Shown here in pieces: positions 13,101 through 25,800 of a stretch of DNA of 35,864 nt. This DNA comes from Catajapyx aquilonaris (lineage: Eukaryota), in the NCBI GenBank assembly GCA_000934665.2, contig KZ539212.1, forward strand, positions 1 to 35,864, read 5' to 3'. Position numbers and translations under genes: made by a program. Numbering within the stretch: position 1 is the stretch's first letter; every line of letters starts with the position of its first letter. Under the pieces are notes generated by a model. That model was not told the DNA's origin. It did not search any database and was given only the letters and a program-made list of their open reading frames with translations.

Positions 13101-13978
13101 AATTAGTACCAGAAAATTGTGTACCTTGCTATCAGTCACAGCCATGAAATACTGCATATGTATGTAATGTTTCGTGATACGTGACTTTGAACCTAGCAGC
13201 TTTGTGTGTCATCAATTTTCACTATTGGAATACTGACTACATAAATAATATTTTTTTAAAAAAATTTGGAGCCCACTCTAAGCCTGGGTAATTTGATCAG
13301 GTGGGGAGGAAAAGGGTAGGTTAATATCACCCAGTTAGATATTATTTTTATTTCGTCAATCCAAACTGCCCAGCTAGTCTCATGTCAAACCTAGATAAGA
13401 ACTGGAGAAGTATAGCCGCAACTTTCGCTAAGGTATATTCATGGAAATTTTATAAGTATTTTTTTTTTTTAAAAAAAAAAGGTTAATAGAAAAAACAGCC
13501 TGTTTCCACATGTCAAAAAAAAGTAGTATGAAGTTACGGCATTACACGGCACAGTTGACAAGGCCTCGCACCAATAAGATCGGACACTGTGCTCTTCATT
13601 TTATGCGATATCTGCCAATTCTTTTCCTTGCCACAAGGGAGGGGTGGTGGGAAATGGAACTTCCGAGCAGTAAGAAAAAAGATGCAGCCAAAAGCAAAAA
13701 AGAAAACTTACAAAAAAAGCGCACCAAAAACTAAACTCCAACCACCACAACCAACAGACCAACCAGCATATCTTTTTTCTCTTTTAAAATTGCCATTTTT
13801 TTTTCCATCGCTTTTAAAAATCTTATAAGTAAATTGGGCAGGTGGGTTGGATTGTCCAGGGACCAAAAAAAAAACAAAAAAATAAAAAAAAGTAAGGTAG
13901 GGAATAGTTAATAGTTAGGAAGTAGAGGTTTCAGGGGGGGCTGAAAGGGGGGCAGGGTGAATGGATGAAATGGGGGTG
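10150..13978 (-). other. Ssdp: Probable long 3' UTR of Ssdp (distal end uncertain)
   Basis: Non-coding and rich in U/A tracts, directly after the stop. Minus-strand AATAAA at 10526-10531 and 10552-10557. UGUANAUA motifs at 10157-10164, 10261-10268 and 10697-10704. Confidence 0.5.
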
Positions 13979-14083
13979 TTATTGCATGAAATAGTCCGGG
14001 TGATCCGGGTCTTTCTCGAACCTCTTGGCCTCTTCCTGCATGCTCTCCTTAATTTTCAGAATTGCTGCGGACTCCGTTTGGTC
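13979..14083 (-). CDS. Ssdp: Ssdp terminal coding exon, DQTESAAILKIKESMQEEAKRFEKDPDHPDYFMQ*
   Basis: tttcccttgcag|GAC CAA ACG...ATG CAA TAA; phase 0 matches the upstream donor; resembles the arthropod Ssdp C-terminus as I recall it. Confidence 0.93.
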   Translation of the reverse strand, partial: DQTESAAILKIKESMQEEAKRFEKDPDHPDYFMQ

Positions 14084-17000
14084 CTGCAAGGGAAATTGAG
14101 AGCCGAGTTGGACTCTTTCAAGGCTTTGGAAACAGAGGTACGAGTCGTATAAAATGAAGGAGGAGAAGGAGTTGGGTTATGCCAGGTTGTGGTTACGTGG
14201 GCTCCATTCTTAACCGTTACTCTCTCTCTTTTTTTTTGGATTCGGTTTTCTACGGTAAAAAAAAAAAAATGCCAATGTCAGCAGCTTCTTTCCAGTTAAA
14301 AAGTCAGACATTAGAGGATTTGTCACATGCAAAAATGTCGTTACTATGTGATGTAAATGTACTGCAGTAGGCTCTCACGAATAATGACTGTTTGTCAAAG
14401 AATGACGGTTGAGTTGCTTGACAATGCAGCAAGATGTACGTTCCTTGAAAGGTGTTATCAAGGCCAGAGAGATGAAGACGTTCCATCATGTGTGGCTCCA
14501 GCAAGTTCAACGGAAAACCTGTGGTACTGTGCTCAGAATGCATGGTTTGAGTATATGAAGATTACGACGTCCATTACTGCGTATTCACGTGGGAACAAAC
14601 ACATCACTGGCATCTCATGACGGAACATCTTCATCTTTTTGACGAAAACAGTACTTGTTCAAATAAGGTTGCATCTTAACAGCTTCAATCCTATTTCACT
14701 AATGGAAAAATTAGCTGCATAAAATGTATTAATCCGCATGAAACGACAGTATCGATATATTTCTGGCAATTAGCAGCACACATCTTTTGTGAATAAACTA
14801 TTTAACATTGCCTCATTTGCAGGCTGAAATGCTTATGCCCTGAGGATACTCACACCCAACGTGCATTTTTTTTTCCCTTGAAGTATTTAGACATGCGTCA
14901 TCCTTGTACAAAGAGTCATTGGTAATGTGTCAAGTTCTCATAATTACTCTAGCCTATCAATGGTGCATGCACAGGTGTATTGCTCCACAATACCGTCAAA
15001 TCTACATAAATCAACAATACTGTACCAAGATTTTAATCTGGCTAGGTTGTTGTTCCCTGTCTCTTCCTCTCTTGTGATTTCATAACTGTGTAGCTGCTCT
15101 TCTTGGGTCTCATTACACAACCACTGCTAAGTGATCACAAACTGTTACCAGAGTACAAATGAGTTGCAATTTTCTGAGCCACTAGCTATTCACCTGTCAC
15201 GTGGAAAAGCAACAAGATTGCATCCCTCTGCATACACTTTTTTTTTTATTCGCCAAACCAGAAATGCATACGTCAGCCTCAGTTGCGACCACTCACAGAC
15301 CAAGTTGCCTTTTTTTTTAGACATGTTCAAATAGTATTTCGTTCGGGAATCGGAAAAGGGATTTGGATCGGAAAGCAAAAAAAGGATTCATGCAACACAC
15401 CCTCTAGTTGTGTGAGTGTGGCACACATGTTAATTTTTTTATATATGTTCCGTGTGAGGCTGTAAAGCATTTGTGGCGAAAAGAAGGATAGGTGTGAGTG
15501 GCGGGGCTAAAAAACGGGGTTTGAACCAAGGACCACGGTTAAGAGACTGAAGCCACAGTCAACCACAGCACAGGGGGGTGGGATGGAGGGTTCGGATTTT
15601 TTATCTTACGGTACCAAGTCAGCATCATCTGGGTGAACCGACTCAGGCGCTTTAGTTTTTAAGGAATAATTTTACCGTGCACTTCTTGAGGGGAAGTCAA
15701 CCAAGTGATGCAGACACACAACTCGAAATGCAATAACCTGTCAAGTATAGTGATTTATGCTGTGACCAAATAAATTCTTTGAGCAGTCAGGAATTTATTG
15801 AGATAAAGTAGCTTCCACTTACAATTCCATCAAGTCCAGTGAAAAAAACAAATGCCTTCAAATATACTTCTTATAACAAGACAAAACAAAAGCTTGTCTC
15901 ATGAAATGTGTCTAATGAGTAGTTGCTCCATACATAGAAAAAGAAAATCACCAACAACTAATAATAAAAAATAATGTCATCAAAATTAAAAAGAACATGG
16001 AAAAAAATCATTCTTCCATGGACAAAAATCTCACTCAGCCTTGAGCACAACCTATTGATTTATTAACCTACAATTACCGAGAAAATGTGACAAACTCCAC
16101 ACTTCTCCACGAAGCTTGCTTCTATCCAACTTATGCTTCTCTTCTCTCTTTCTTTTTTTTCTTTTTTAAGTAGCTGAGCCAGAAGACATTGCTGGACCCT
16201 TTATGGTTTTTTTTGGGGGATCTAAGACAGCCTCTCACAACATCATATGTACTCAAGTAACAACTGCACATCCTTATTATTGCATTGGAAATGGTGCATG
16301 AGTAGCGACAGAAACCCCTGCACTTTCCAAATGGTTCAAAAATTCAAAGCCAATGTACAACTCGCAGTCATTATCCAAGTACATACGTTAACAACAGTAC
16401 GACACTGGTAACGTTTAAGCTCAAAAATATTGTTGCACCATCAAAGACATTGACATCTTTACCCAGAGGTGTATCGATTACATCAAAAAAATACTGTGAG
16501 CAAACAAGATTGACCGAAAAAGTAGAGATTCCGCTTGTTTTGAGAGTGCAGGCTGTGAATCCAGCATTGCCAGAATGAAACAAAAGTGAGCGCTTGACCT
16601 TCCTGTCCCTTTAAAATGTCAGGAGAGTTGAACTGGGAATTTGGGGAAAAGGTCGAGAGTGATGTTCACTGCAGACCCCAGGGTGAGGGCGAATGTGGGT
16701 GTTGGTGTGGGTGTGAGTGCGGGTGGGCCTGCATCTGGGACTGCTGGTAAGGAGAGAGGACTGGGACGGATGATGGCCGCCCTGATGCAGCCATGGTGGC
16801 GGAGGAGGCAGAAGAGGAGACGGGGTTGCCAGCGCTACTCACTGAGTCCGGTGGTGGTCCAAATCCCGATAGGTTGTAGTCAGGCATTGGCGGGTTGGGG
16901 TCCTCCCTGGGGGTGCCTGGGCCTCCGTTGGCTGGGGAGTTTTTCATGCCATCTAGGCCATCCCCATTCATGACTGGGCCCATCGGGGTTGGGCCCATGC

Positions 17001-19856
17001 CACCCAAGGGCGGCTCGCCACCTGCCCCCAGTGGGAACTCCTGGAAAGTAAATCATAATTAGAGTAATGAATGTTGCTGAACACATGACACTGGTCCTAG
17101 TCACAAAATGACATGTTTGTCATAACTGGAACATGATCAATCACCAGTTCACTCATTACAAGTTTATTCTAAAGCAAGCTATACTGACACTACACGTCCG
17201 ACAGTTCGACTTACAGCTGGCATGTTGCCGCCAGGTACTGGTTTCATCATGGCATACATGTTCTCTCCACCTGAACTAGACGAGTCTGAAAGGGAAATTG
17301 CAATGTCACACACATGTTGAGAAGTCGATTTCCATGAGTTTGGAAAAAACATGCCTTGTGGACTGGGCATAATTGGAGTGCCTGGCCCAGGTGGTCCTGT
17401 TGATCCAGGTGGTCCCTGCGACACAACACGTAGCAATTAGAACCAAACACTCACGCATTAATCAAACTCACGGTTCACCAACACTCACCCCATAACTTCC
17501 TGGAGATGATGACGAGTACGTCATGGGCTGAGGGGAATAAACACGAATCAGTTATGTCATATCAGCTTCTCTAACATCCTCACGCAGCATATGGCCCATG
17601 TCGTAAAATGCAATACTTACAGCGGAGGTGGTGGGCTGCCACTGCGGCCTGCCTCCAGGCCCTGGCATGGACATTGGGCCTCCAGGCATGGGGCCCCCTG
17701 GACCAGGCCCTGCTGGGCCTCCTGGTCCCATCCCACTGTTGGGAGGGGGGCCCCTCATGCCAGGGCCATAGGTACCGGGACCGGGGCCCATCGGACCCAT
17801 GGCTGGTCCTCGAGGGGGGTTCATCCTTGGGTTCATCGGACTCATCCCTGGTGGACCTGGAGGGATGATTTCATGTTTTCGCTTGTCCCTACTATTTGGG
17901 CGGACTTGGACACTGGTACTGCCGCTTCCGTAAAAAAAACTACTACACAACTGATAATGACCAGGCAGATCCTTACAACATTCTCCATGAACTGCCTGGA
18001 TCATTTAACTTCAAGATGTCACAGGTTTTAGGATGGACATGAATTGTGGCAGATGCAATACAAAATAACTGAATCCCTGTCAAATACAAATATCACGGCC
18101 ACAGAAAAAATCACATGTGCAGCAGCCACAGTCTCCTCCTCACAAAAAAGTCACTTTCCTTTTTAGGGCACATGCTATTATCTTACGGCAGTACATGTGG
18201 TTATTCCATAGCAATGACTACATACACATTATACTACTTGACAAAATATATAGAAAAAGGAAGCCATGTCTTCAGCTTGCTGTGCACTAATACGTCCGTG
18301 GCACCAAAGCTACACAGCCCAATTGGGGATGGCATGGTGGTAGTGTAGATCAGGCGCAGTGTGTGGCAAGATGCAGGCTGAAGCATCCATGTCCAGTTCC
18401 ATCAACGCTCCATTTGGGGGCCACTGACTGCGCAGTTTTGGTGCCACTGATCATGATCACAGAAAACTGAAGAACATGCTGCACTTCTAGGACAAAGATA
18501 CATATGCTTGGGAATTTAAACCAGGGTCAGTTTCACATGTACAATTATTAAGAATTTGCATCTGCTCACTACTATCCAAACTTAAGTTGGTCCTGCAACC
18601 TTCTGACATCCACGTGTCGTCACAGTGCTTTGCAAGAAATCCCACGCATAAATGTTTCAGATTTCCAAAAGGATATCCCAGGTTTGTACTATGGCACAGC
18701 CCACATTTTCCTTCCAACCTACACTGAGTTGTACCAAATTACACTGCCCTTTCATACATTTTAAACATCTACTCACACACAATTACATCAGAATCCACAA
18801 CAGCATATTTTCCAAACAGACTTTCATGGCTGCGGCTACTAGACTGGGTTGCACTACTGACATTCTAAGCACCCCCCTTGAAGCAATATGACAATCAAGG
18901 TTTTCAAAGCACTGTAACGACAAGTACAATGAATTTGGACTGACTGTTTTTACTAGAAACAACAAAACTACTGGCATCGACAATTCAAACCTTCTCTTTG
19001 CTTTTGCAGCTTGCATAACTTTCAGCATGATTAAACTATACATTGTACCAAAACCCTAGTAATGCCCATTATAGTGCAATGCAAAGAGGAGATTTAATCA
19101 GCGAGCCTTTTTCTACATGCGAAAAGGTGTCCTCATGCTTATGCGGCAAGTTACTTAACTAGTTCATGTGATTGCCTTTCATTGCGAATGCATACTTCCT
19201 CATGACATGACATTGCCAATTAAATAGCACACAAGGGCAATAAGATACTATTTTCACTGTGTCCTCTCAATCATTTACACAACAAGAGCAACAAGCCTTA
19301 CATTTTAAACTGGACAATTACTCCAAAAATCAAAATGTGGCAAAGAGAATAGTTTTCGTTCTAAGCATAACCCCTAGTCATTTTCAAAATAAAAATAATC
19401 ATAGTGTGAAGCCAATATTACCCTAATTTCTGCCAGGCCATGGACAATTTTTTCCCAATGACGTGATTCCATTACGTCTGTACCTCAAAAATTCAAGGCA
19501 AATTATTGAAGCTCTACCCTCATTTTAGTTACTTTTTGAATTAGTCTTATGGTTAAAGTATGGAGCTAACATTTTGTGTCTTGTACTTTGTGGCCTTATA
19601 CCTAGTACAGTACCTTACGACAACTACAGTAGTACAGGATACAGCTAGGGAGGGAAAGATGGGAATTCCAAACTATAACTAACAAAATCGTTGTTCCATC
19701 CTATGCATAACGACTGGTCTATAAATGATGAGAGGTATGATACATAAAAACAAGGGAGACCAAGTGTCTCACAATAACTACTAGTCCATTATCACTCTAC
19801 AACATACTGACCCATGTCCTTGGCCAAAATTGCTTATTAGAACTCCCAAAAGGAAC

Positions 19857-19897
<41 letters not shown>

Positions 19898-22800
19898 AAA
19901 ACCATATATTACACGTTCAACAGCGACTTTACAGTACAAATAGATATGGTCTAACGAAATAAGACCATCTGCGCAACAAAAGATTGTCAGTGTTTTTTAT
20001 CTTGATACTTCAGGATGCACAAAATTTCCTCATTGCTTATCAGACCATGTTGAACATCCCGTATGCCACATACTTGCTTAAAACCTTCTTACAATTAATA
20101 CACATAAAAATGGGTTTGCCTGGGAATTCTTAGATGTAATATAAAACTAAGTACAAATACGCTAAATTGGAAGAATAACTTATCCGATTCCAGCAATTGG
20201 AAAGATAACCGTCTTCTTACACCTGAGTTACCTGCCTGCGTCACTTGAACCAAGGGTACCTGTTTTAGGACTCATCTCTTCAATGGAATGTAATACCTGT
20301 TCTGTTTCAGACCATGAGAATCTTAACAATGGAAGGCGCCGCTAGCTAAATGGATTACAATAGTTGTGGTAGAGGTACAACATTACAAAGTGCTTCAGAA
20401 GTTGAGGATAAGAACTAGGTTGGGAGAGAGAATGAAGCACGAGGCAAAGGAGGAAATGATGCTTTGGGGCCTCACCTTGCCACCCCACAAAGTCCCCTCC
20501 TTCACCTGAGAAAGAGAAGACAAAAACAAACAAAAAAAAAATTGGCTGATGAAGTACAAAAAAAAAACCACACCCATCTTTGGGCGACTTAATTCTATTC
20601 AATAAAAACATTTTTTTTTTTTTCTTTCTCTCTCTCGCTAGCTTTCCTACAGTTTGCCAACTGTTCAGATTATTAAACAGGCAGAGAAAAAAAATGATAC
20701 TTCAGAAAAATAAATTCACAACAGTACAAGGATATCTTACCTTGTCTGGCGGGGTCGAGACCTCCGGGCATCATTGGTTGTCCGGGAGGCTGGGGAGATA
20801 AAATCTGAGTTGTAACGTGAATGGCTCTTAGTTGATACTCCTTCCGTTGGATTAATCCACCTACCCCATTGAATTCGGAGCCTAACTGTGGCATGCGGAC
20901 ACCTGGTCGAGGGCCTGCTGGGTACCTGGGTCCCATGAAGGGCTGAAAGAACAGATCAGTTAGTAGTTTTAAGCTCTCTATTTAAGAGCTTGAAAAGCAG
21001 AATGACGACTGCTGCCAATGGCATAACTTACATCTAAAAGTCTAAATAAATATAACCGCCGGTCAGACACACTAAGCCATCACTGTCATCACAGCACAGC
21101 CGCAATAGTCGAAGGTTTCTTATAAATACAGGATGAGTAACATGCTACCATAAACTTTACGACAATATGTTAAAATAGTTAAGTCACTCTTTGGTTAATA
21201 CCCTCGAGCATTTCTTCCCCTCCTCTTCAGACAAATAAGCTGCTTTTCCTTTACTAATCCGATTACGAGAAGGTAGTATCAGTCAGGCAGCAGGTGAACT
21301 TTGAAAGCAACATGCACTAAAGTATGCTAGGTTCAAGAGTTCAGATTCAGTTCGTTATGTCTCAATACCATGTAAAAGCCATCTGTTGCTTTAAATCTCT
21401 TATCTGCATCTGCAGTTACTGACCTTTCAAATTGCAAAGTCTAGAAAAAGCTTTCGGCTGAGTGAATGCCCTCCTTAAAAAATTCAGACTGTGTCCATAC
21501 ATATTCTCCGGAAAATACCACTGTTGGTTTACTACGCATTGCCGCATGTTTCATTTTTTTTCCATTTGTTTTTGTACATGTTACAGTGCATGTCCTACTC
21601 AATGGACTTTTATTCTAGTTTAGCTTGCATCATATGTGACATCTATATCAGTATTCATACTCTACCACACACAGTCCATGTCAGACCAGTACCATAATGA
21701 CGTCATTATTTTTTCTGCTTTATTTGCGACAGTGAATGCCTGCTGGCAAAACGCTTGGGTAATAGAAATTATGTCAGAGTTAAGGAGCAAGATATACCAA
21801 GTCATCAACAATAACATTATTGTTTGATGCCTCTTGCCTATTTCACGGGCAGAATATCAGAATGTGTGACTTAAGAACGGAAATCAGGAAGTACATATTT
21901 TAGAAGGTTAATGTACCTTGTCATTATCACGGATAACATCGGCCACATGAGCGGACATGTTGTATGTTAACATTTATCACAGTTCCATTACAGCTGCTGC
22001 TAATGTCACCCACATTTCGTTAAAATCTAAAAACATGTAACACAAACTCCCAGTATCGTGCACACACATCTGGTACATCACTTGACATTTTATGTATGGC
22101 ATAGATGTGGAGGAATATATTACAGAGGTAATTTTGCCCACATTTACAAGTGGCACAGTGGCATGCCTGTAACGCCAAATCTTCACCAGCCCCCATGAAT
22201 CAGTCTCTCGAATTCACAGGCAGTGGAAAGTTTGACCAATCAGTGAGCCAGATAGAGAGCTGATTGGTCCATCATTCCCCGACCTGCCAATCCGTACACC
22301 CCTTTCATTGCCCTTGGCCCAGCTAATTCCGATGCCACCTTTATGTCAAATGGGCCAGGTGAAAAACAAATTAGCAGAAGCATAACGTCCAAAGAGACAA
22401 CTGTTAAGGAACAAGGCGCAACAGGCATGCAGAAAAACATGTATAAGAGCAAGAGAGTATGAAAGGCACGCACCTGATTTGACATCATCTGGGTATGTGG
22501 AGGAGGGGGCTGGGGGTGAGGGGACGGCTGAGATGAAGGGTGCGTGGGTGGAGACGGACGCATCGTTGAATTCTGCAAATGACACAAGAATCAGGGAAAA
22601 GAAAGAGCGAGAAAAGAGAGGTACAGCAGGCGGTGGAAATAGGTTTACAACCGTTTCGCCAAAACAGCATTTAATCGACTTGAACTATAGGCGTGCACTT
22701 TATGTACTGCAGTGGCCCAAATTAACGGAGACTGGTTGTACTCCGAGGCTCCAACTAGTTCACAGAAATTCAGGTAGGTAGATCCGCTTCTGCATGTGGT

Positions 22801-25800
22801 GCATTATTAGGCAGTCTGATCATTTTATAAACTTCAGTGTGACTGCACAGGTATGTGTGATGTCTGAGCCCTTATTGAGGGACTGTAATCCTCTACAGGC
22901 TCCCTAATCAAAAATTGCAGCAGAAGTTCGGCTGTTACCTAGGCAACTTTAGTGGAGGGCTTAACATCTGCCTATTTCTGCCGCTAGACTCAACACCGAC
23001 GCCAGGGGGTGGGGTCCTCCTCCTGGAAATTTGGCCACTCTGGGGATCTTTAACGTGCACTCGTGCAATGTCACAAGCACACGGGACAGACGGCTTTACT
23101 TCCCCTCTGAAGGAAGGTGCACGCTCGCTTTTCTACCACCTGGAGAAAAGTCACCGACCTTGGCCGGGTTCAAACCCACAACTTTGAGACCAGAGACGAG
23201 CGAGCTAACCACCAGACCACCAGCGCCGGCTACCTAGGCAACTGGCTGCAATCCTGTCTCTCATTCGTTATAACACGTACCATCGAAAATCCTACTGCAA
23301 TTGCAAATAAATTCTTACATTATCAGGGGGAACGTAACTTAAGCACCGAAGTCGTAAACAAATCGATATGAGATGCTGCCTACTTTTGCATGAAATATAT
23401 TATTGTGGTATAAAAACGTTGCAATTAAATTTTGTAAGTTTCATCAAGTAATATTTGATTTTTCATTTAAAGTGTGCATACAGTCAGCTATGGATATAAT
23501 AACCTCGACTAGACGCAACCCTCAGTTACAGCTAACTCAAACGGCACTCTGCCATCCCTTCAAATCTCGTATATCCAGAGTCGACTGTATTAAAATTGAT
23601 ATACTGTACATGAAAGAGAGCCTATGAAGACACGTACTTAAAATTATAACAATAGCTATGAAAATAGCAAGAACCTATTAAAAATATATCAACTCCTGCA
23701 GAATGCTAAAACCACTGTTATTAATCACTAATTAACTGAAAGATTTCTTATAGCTGTTATTGCAATACTTTCATATCATAATGTAACATGATGCAACCTG
23801 CTATATGGAATTCATCATACTGGTTGCCTAAATGAAAATCAAATATGAACGCTAGTCCCATAATTTTTAATGATAGTGTTTTGTATAGGTGAAATATTTT
23901 CAGCATTTTTCCAGCACTTTTCTTCCTATATCCTAACTAGACAACCTATTTTTAGGATAATGTTTATTAATGTTTTTAATGTAATTTAACTTTTTATTTT
24001 TATTTTAGACAATATATTTAATAGCAAGTTGTTTAACAGGCTGATTTAGTGACGTCACCAAGGGATATGACGTCACTGAAGTTTGATAACTGCCAGCAGC
24101 CATCTGCCAGCATTCCAGTGAACTAGTTGGAACCTCGGCAAACACTGGAACCCATACCCATGTTTCGGTCCGCCACAGTACCAGAGAAACAACATTCAGG
24201 CGAAACGGAGAAGACACGACAAAACGGGAATATGCCTCGCACACAAACAAGAAAAATGATCGCAAGAATGCGGGGCGACAAACACATATGGACACGGGGA
24301 CATATTCCTCCGGTGTGTATTACTCACGGGAAAAAATCCGGGGGGCATAGGTCCTCCGGCCATCCCATCCGCCGGCGGAATTTGCGCCAACGGACTCGGC
24401 GCTGGGCCAGCATTCTGAAAATGGAAGCATAATTTTAGTCGAAATCCTTCTGGAGTTGGCTTAAGATCTAACGTGAAACAAGGAGCCCTGGAAATGCTTG
24501 TAACGGCGGCAATGCGCGCGCAGCAGCTCCGCCCATTTGGTAGCGCAAGCTGCGCGCGCAACCACTATATGAAAGGGACGTATAAATTTTATTCTAGTCC
24601 ATATTATTAAAAGCCGACTATCACGGAAACTCCTCCCACACCGTACGGCCTATAGCATTGGGAGTGGTGTCAATATTTTGCCCGTGTTTTCTATATTTGC
24701 AAACCACTTTTGTTTTTTGGAAACGGTGCCTCAGGACTTTGTAAAAAAAAACGCCAAAAAAAACGACCGCGTCCGTTCCATGGAGTTCCCATTTTCGCCG
24801 TTCCGGGCGCCAAGGCGTCACCTCCTGGGTGGCGACTCGCTTACTTCTGCACTTCACCGTCGGATGTCGCTTCGATGCCTAATTTTTTTGCCATAGTATA
24901 TATACTTTATTAATTTGCACGATACGGACATGTCTTTCATATTTTGTGGCAGGATCCAGTGAATTTGGGCAATCTGTCACTACAGGGGTCCACACACCAC
25001 ATGCACAGCGCATGTTGCGCGGGTCCACAACCCTTCCCGAACACAATATCGATTGGTACCATGCATGCTAATCAGACTCCGCAAACGCAAGTAGCCGTAC
25101 ACAATACGCCCGAAAATATCCAGTTATGATCCACACTGGACTATTCGTAAATACATTTTTTTATTATTTAAAAAAAAACATCGTGCCAACTACCAACTAC
25201 TTTAAAAGGGGGTCACATTCGCACCCCCCTTCCCCCCATCATGTTTTCAAGTTGTCTAGCCTTGATCGGCATCAACCTATTGAAACTAGCCGCTTGCCAA
25301 TAGGGGTCGCCGACATTGAATCAAAACTCGTACTCTCGCTCGGCATGCTACTGATTGGCATCGTATTTGGCCCTGCACGCACCAAATTCCTGATAGTAAA
25401 CCCGGATTAACTTAATGACCATTTTAAAAAACACACTCTCAAATAAAATTAATTACTAGAAAAACTGCGCCATGTAAAAGTAGGGTTTTCTAGTTAATTA
25501 TTTAAAAATGGCAACATCTCTCAAGAGACACCAGGGTTGGAAATATAGCACACAATTTATATTTTTAAAAATGGCAACACCTTTCAGTGACATCAGGGTT
25601 GGAAGGAGTCGCACCAATTTTTATTTATTTTAAAAAAAATGGCAACACCTCTTGGGAGACATCAGGGTTGGAAATATAGGCCAGATCGAAAACTCTTGAC
25701 TGGCAGTAGGTGAAGACGAGGGCAGCGCCTTGAATGGATTTGGGTCACTGGACGTTTCTTACGTCACACCCACTCCAAGCTCAGGCTTGGTTAAGCATAA

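Noticed and set aside
15608..15690. Possible extra exon ending at a gtaaga donor in the last Ssdp intron
   Set aside because: No acceptor gives a convincing phase 0/0, stop-free exon
17591..18031. + strand ORFs overlapping Ssdp exons (also 16641..16973 and 24127..24432)
   Set aside because: Antisense shadows of GC-rich Pro/Gly codons
23160..23230. tRNA gene
   Set aside because: A and B boxes are present but I see no complete cloverleaf. It continues into a SINE body bounded by a TSD.
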